Source: Nanobdellota archaeon (GTDB taxonomy: Archaea; Nanobdellota; Nanobdellia; Pacearchaeales; GW2011-AR1). From it: a stretch of 51,156 nt of DNA. Below the pieces are notes generated by a model that was not told the DNA's origin, ran no database searches, and worked only from the letters and a program-made list of their open reading frames with translations. Shown here piece after piece: positions 47,121 through 51,156 of this stretch. The DNA is taken from NCBI GenBank assembly GCA_038045185.1, contig JBBSYO010000017.1, positions 1 to 51,156 on the forward strand. The letters run 5' to 3'. Made by a program: the position numbers and the translations under genes. Every line of letters starts with the position of its first letter. The first letter of the stretch is position 1.

Positions 47121-47648
47121 ATGGACGAAGGTGCATTGGGAGAGGACGAACAGGCACGTGAACTTGAACTGCTTAAGAAGATTGAAGCAGCGCTTTTTAT
47201 TTCAGGACGCTTTCTTAGCTTGAAAGAGCTGGTTGCGATTACAGATGTTAATCCTATTTTATTGAGAAAGCTGATTGACGATTTGACTGACAGGTATAAA
47301 GAATCGGCTCTTGAAATTGTCAATAAGGGAAATAGCTGGAAGATGGATGTTTCTGGCGAGCATGCTAACATGGTCAATCGGCTTGCCACAGGGTCAAGCG
47401 AGTTTGCTAAATCAGAGCAGGAAACGCTCGCTATTATCGCGTATAAACAGCCTATGAAACAGTCTGTTTTGGTTAAGATACGCGGCAACAAGGCGTATGA
47501 GCACATTAAACGATTTGTGGAATTAGGTCTTGTTGTGAAAAAGCGGGCGGGCCACACATGGGACTTGAGCTTAAGCGAGAGCTTTTATGAGTATTTCCAT
47601 GTGGGGCAGAGCGAGGAGATGAAAATTAAGGAAGATGGAAAGTTATAG
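47121..47648 (+). CDS. scpB: segregation and condensation protein B
   Basis: IEAALF..ETLAIIAYKQP..IRG motifs. Confidence 0.92.
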   Translation: MDEGALGEDEQARELELLKKIEAALFISGRFLSLKELVAITDVNPILLRKLIDDLTDRYKESALEIVNKGNSWKMDVSGEHANMVNRLATGSSEFAKSEQETLAIIAYKQPMKQSVLVKIRGNKAYEHIKRFVELGLVVKKRAGHTWDLSLSESFYEYFHVGQSEEMKIKEDGKL

Positions 47649-48888
47649 CCTGCTGGTATATGCCTTGGCCTATATGGGCTTATTTCTTCTTTCTTTTTAT
47701 TTATTGAGTTTCTTCCAGACAAGGAAAATTAAAATAATTGAAGAAAAAAGCGATAAAACCGTAACTATTTTGATTCCTGCTTATAATGAAGAGAGAGATA
47801 TTGCCAGAACGTTAAAATCCGTGTTAAATATTGATTATCCTAAAGATAAATTGGAAATAATTGTGATTGACGATGGCAGCAAGGATAAAACTTATGAAAT
47901 AGCAAGGAAATTTGCAAGCGACAGAGTTAAAGTTTTTACAAAAAAAAATGGAGGCAAGGCTGCCGCGCTTAATTTTGCATTAAAAAAGGCAAAAGGAGAG
48001 ATAATTGTGAGCATGGATGCGGATACGATTATTGAAAAGCATGCACTGAAAAGGCTAATAACAAGATTTTATGATGACAATGTGATGGCAGTCACTTCTG
48101 CAATGGGAATTTACAAGCCAAAGACAATATGGCAAAGAATACAACATATTGAATATTACCTGAGCGTTTTCATGAGAAAGACTTTTGCCGGAATAAATGC
48201 TATTTACATAACTTCGGGGGCTTTTTCTGCATACAGGAAAAAATTCTTTGACCGGCATGGAGGGTATGACGAGCATAATATAACTGAAGATTTGGAAATT
48301 GCTTTAAGGATACAAAGCCATGATTATGTAATTGAGAATGCTTCTACTGCTTCATTTTATACTGTTGGGCCTGCAACTTTCTCGCAGCTTATGTTTCAAA
48401 GAAGAAGATGGTATACGGGGCTTGTAAAGAATTTATGGAATTACAGAAGAAAACTGTTCGGCTTCAAGAAGGGCGCGTTGGGAACGATTATTCTGCCTTC
48501 GGTTATTATAGGGGTTGTTTTTTCGGTGGCGCTCTTTGTATATTCATCTTTCAGAATATTAAATCAGATTACATTGGAGCTTGACGCTCTAAACGCGGTT
48601 AATTTTCAGTTCATAGGATTTAGGGAGCTAAACTCGTATATTTTTACCCAGTTTTTGTATGCTTTTTTCAGCCATCCTGCCTACTTGTTCCTAGTTTTCT
48701 TTATTTTTGTAACTGGATTTTATCTTGCTTTCTCAAGAAGGGAAATGCAGTTCAGGGAAAGCCTGAAAGTGAATTTCATTATTTTTATTTTATTATACTC
48801 GTTCTTGTTTACTTTTTGGTGGCTGGTTTCTTTTGCTTATATTGTACTTAATAGAGGGGTAAGCTGGGGGAAAAAAGATGGAAAGTGA
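47635..48888 (+). CDS. GT2 processive glycosyltransferase (PgaC/IcaA-like)
   Basis: IPAYNEE, DDGS, GKA.ALN, DAD, TED and QRRRW motifs with TM helices. Confidence 0.92.
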   Translation: MESYSLLVYALAYMGLFLLSFYLLSFFQTRKIKIIEEKSDKTVTILIPAYNEERDIARTLKSVLNIDYPKDKLEIIVIDDGSKDKTYEIARKFASDRVKVFTKKNGGKAAALNFALKKAKGEIIVSMDADTIIEKHALKRLITRFYDDNVMAVTSAMGIYKPKTIWQRIQHIEYYLSVFMRKTFAGINAIYITSGAFSAYRKKFFDRHGGYDEHNITEDLEIALRIQSHDYVIENASTASFYTVGPATFSQLMFQRRRWYTGLVKNLWNYRRKLFGFKKGALGTIILPSVIIGVVFSVALFVYSSFRILNQITLELDALNAVNFQFIGFRELNSYIFTQFLYAFFSHPAYLFLVFFIFVTGFYLAFSRREMQFRESLKVNFIIFILLYSFLFTFWWLVSFAYIVLNRGVSWGKKDGK

Positions 48889-49525
48889 AGTGAAAAAGGA
48901 AAGAGAGATGTATCTTGGGAGGATTTTTCTGGCATTTATAATTTCAACAGCAGTATTTGTAATGTTTTTTGTTTTTGCTTATTCGGTTTCATATCTGAAT
49001 TACCAAAAATTGTCGAAGCAGGCGAATGTCCTTGATAATTCGATAAAGGAATTAGGCGGTGCTTTTGAGAATTTTAGCTGCGATGGAAGGATGCTAATCA
49101 AGGCTTCGGAGACCTTCGATGATGCAGCTCAAAAGCTGAATTTGCTTGAGAAGAGGTTTGGGAAGAGCGATGAGAGGGTTCTGGAGCTGAAGAAAAGATA
49201 CAGCGAACTGGAGTACAGGCATTTTAAGATAACGAAGAAATTCAATGAAGAATGCGGCTCAGGGTATGTAATTGTGTTTTTCTTTTATTCTAACAGAGAT
49301 CAGGGGAAAGAAGATGAAAGTGAAAGAATGGGCTATATATTGACTGCATTTGAAAGGGAGGATGCTGATAAAATTATGATTTATGCTCTCGATTTTGACT
49401 TAAAAACGGCGCTGATTGATTCGCTTAAAGGCGAGTACAACATAACAAGACCGCCGATGATTGTTGTAAACGAGAAGGACGTATTTTATGTGAGGAATCT
49501 GAGAGAACTGGAGAAGTACTTATGA
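48878..49525 (+). CDS. membrane-anchored protein with C-terminal thioredoxin-like fold
   Basis: N-terminal TM, coiled coil and FFFYS..YNITRPPMIVVNE. Confidence 0.75.
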   Translation: MESEVKKEREMYLGRIFLAFIISTAVFVMFFVFAYSVSYLNYQKLSKQANVLDNSIKELGGAFENFSCDGRMLIKASETFDDAAQKLNLLEKRFGKSDERVLELKKRYSELEYRHFKITKKFNEECGSGYVIVFFFYSNRDQGKEDESERMGYILTAFEREDADKIMIYALDFDLKTALIDSLKGEYNITRPPMIVVNEKDVFYVRNLRELEKYL

Positions 49526-50000
49526 ATAGCAAGGGCAGATTGATTTTTCTTTTGCCTGCATTAAACGAGGAAAAGGGAATTGCGAACACTATAAGGAAAA
49601 TTCCTGCAAATGTGTTAAAGAAGGAAGGGTATTTATGTGAAATCGTTATAGTTGATGGAGGAAGCAGCGACAGAACTGTTGAAATTGCCAAGAAGTGCGG
49701 GGCAAGAGTTATTTTATCTCCAAAAAAAGGGTATGGTTTTCAGTATAAATATGGGCTCTCAAGGATAAAGGGAGATTATGTTATAACTGGAGATAGTGAT
49801 GGCACTTACCCTTTCGAAACAGCGCCCAAGTTGGTGGAAATGCTAAGAGAAGAAAATTTAGATTTTATAACTACTAACAGATTCAGCAATCTGAAAGAAA
49901 ATTCAATGTCCGTTTCTCATTATTTTGGAAATAAAATTTTAACTTATATGGGGAATATTTTATTTGGAATGAGGATAAAAGACAATCAAAGCGGGATGTG
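49522..50000 (+). pseudogene. GT2 (DPM synthase-like) truncated after DNQSGMW
   Basis: PALNEE, VDGGS.D.T, DSDGTY and DNQSGM motifs, then an unrelated read-through tail to 50106. Confidence 0.75.
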
Positions 50001-50075
50001 GTGCCCGCGGTTGTTGTTAATGGGAGAGAGCCGTTTGTTCCAAGCTATCTTGCTGAGCTTGAAGCCTATCTATAG
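49995..50075 (+). pseudogene. 3' remnant of a paralogue of 48878-49525
   Basis: DVVPAVVVNGREPFVPSYLAELEAYL* aligns with TRPPMIVVNEKDVFYVRNLRELEKYL*. Confidence 0.65.
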
Positions 50076-50130
50076 TGAAAGACATAAATATAAAGAATTT
50101 AATTGATTATGTTACAAGTTATTCAAATCG

Positions 50131-50310
50131 TCAAGAACTCTCGGTTCTTGAGCGTGCTCAAGATGTCGCAAACATCTTGACATCTTTAAACAGAGAATTA
50201 AGAACAAACTACAACCCAATTATCTTAATTCTCTGTAATTGAGCAAGATTGTATGTCTTTCCCTTGATAGTCAAGGCGCAAACTGGTAAAATCTCAGCGT
50301 CCTTGACTAT
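50131..50310. repeat. cluster of hairpin modules (TCAAGA type x2, family A monomer, extra hairpin)
   Basis: TCAAGAAC/GTTCTTGA, TCAAGATGT/ACATCTTGA, CAGAGAATTAAGA/TCTTAATTCTCTG (50191-50235) and ATAGTCAAGG/CCTTGACTAT. Confidence 0.8.
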
Positions 50311-50370
50311 AAATGAATGATTGTCTTGGAAAGCCATAATCCATATAAAGTAATTATGCCACTTGTTTTT

Positions 50371-51063
50371 ATGGGCGATAAACTTGTGGATGTAATTCGT
50401 GACGGCGAGATTGTTACAGTGAGCGAAGCGCAGGCACGCGCCGAGGATTTGTTTATTCTGCGCGAGAGGCACGCTCCTCCTGCAGCGCCAGCGCCCTTGA
50501 CTGGACATCCTGCTTTGCGAACAACAATTCCGGTTCGTGCGACTTCTGCGCAGAAAGCAGTACCCAGATGGCATAGTTATCAGCCTGAGTATACAAAGAA
50601 TAATGTGGCTAAGGAGTTGATTGATAATTTCCATTGGGAGATTGGGAAGGCGCGAAGAGAGCGAAATATGACTCGTTTGCAAATGGCGAATGCGCTCAAT
50701 ACGAATGAAGGCATTATCAAGATGCTTGAAAATGGTGAATTGCCGAGCGATGATTTTGTACTTATCAATAAAGTGCAATCTTTTTTGCATATTAATCTAC
50801 GACGCGATGGCAAGAGTTTTGACGCTTCTGCGCGGGCGCAGCTTTCTTCTTCTTTACCTGCGCCAAGTGCTAGTTCTGCTACTCCTCCTGTGGCAAAGCC
50901 GCACTATGACGCGAATATTTCCCTAGCTGAATTGCAGCGCATGAAGGCGCGTGACGCGCCTGTGCGTGAAAAACCAAGATGGGTAAAAGATAAACCATTT
51001 GAAGAAAGAAGGGGCTCTTTGTTTGGCGAGGATATTGAGATTATTGGATCAAAAAGTCCTTAA
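50371..51063 (+). CDS. aMBF1-like HTH protein
   Basis: ELIDNFHWEI.KARR...T..Q.A......IKMLENG.LP HTH. No Zn-ribbon Cys. The stop codon lies in the downstream element. Confidence 0.8.
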   Translation: MGDKLVDVIRDGEIVTVSEAQARAEDLFILRERHAPPAAPAPLTGHPALRTTIPVRATSAQKAVPRWHSYQPEYTKNNVAKELIDNFHWEIGKARRERNMTRLQMANALNTNEGIIKMLENGELPSDDFVLINKVQSFLHINLRRDGKSFDASARAQLSSSLPAPSASSATPPVAKPHYDANISLAELQRMKARDAPVREKPRWVKDKPFEERRGSLFGEDIEIIGSKSP

Positions 51064-51156
51064 GTCTTACCACACCCTAAAAGGTGTGGTTTGTGTGGAC
51101 TTTTGGATGCTCAAGGAACGACACCATCCTAATGGATGGTGTTTTCTGTCAAGTTC
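51048..51156. mobile_element. nested-hairpin element (family B), reverse orientation, runs off the window end
   Basis: 51088-51110 is the reverse complement of GCATCCAAAAGTCCACACAAACC. Inner hairpins CCACACC/GGTGTGG and ACACCATCC/GGATGGTGT. Confidence 0.88.

Noticed and set aside
26397-50310. Hairpins as integron attC sites
   Set aside because: No consistent RYYYAAC/GTTRRRY core sites, no integrase, and no tandem cassette array.
4852-50926. Numerous antisense or alternative-frame ORFs of 60-277 aa inside long genes (e.g. 36515-37240, 46133-46966)
   Set aside because: They are shadows of well-supported genes and contain no recognisable motifs.
1-51156. CRISPR array, suggested by the Cas1-like fragment and many repeats
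   Set aside because: No regularly spaced direct repeats with unique spacers. The repeats are dispersed inverted hairpins.

Overview
Chromosomal fragment of a small-genome archaeon. The gene set (S3Ae, L44e, S8e, S17e, TFB, TFE, Sm, EndA, aMBF1), the KRGQ pilin-type signal peptide and the giant secreted proteins fit DPANN, most likely Pacearchaeota or Woesearchaeota; this assignment is an inference. The window holds six intronless tRNAs (Thr-TGT, Val-GAC, Leu-TAG, Arg-TCT, Cys-GCA, CAT), three aminoacyl-tRNA synthetases, two giant surface proteins, two VapBC modules and several AT-rich accessory patches. Main observations: (1) Two families of small, modular, nested palindromic elements are dispersed through the window. 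Two copies interrupt genes (removing them restores the reading frame), and one module occurs in both orientations. (2) A bacterial sigma-70-like gene lies next to TFB. (3) LeuRS carries an internal Nudix domain and AlaRS an internal HAD-like domain. (4) A probable casposon relic (casposase C-terminal fragment plus a GGGGATAT end) sits at tRNA-Val. (5) A glycosyltransferase block appears to have replaced native genes and left a tail remnant. No CRISPR array or rRNA was seen. All family calls come from motif recognition; no database search was run.
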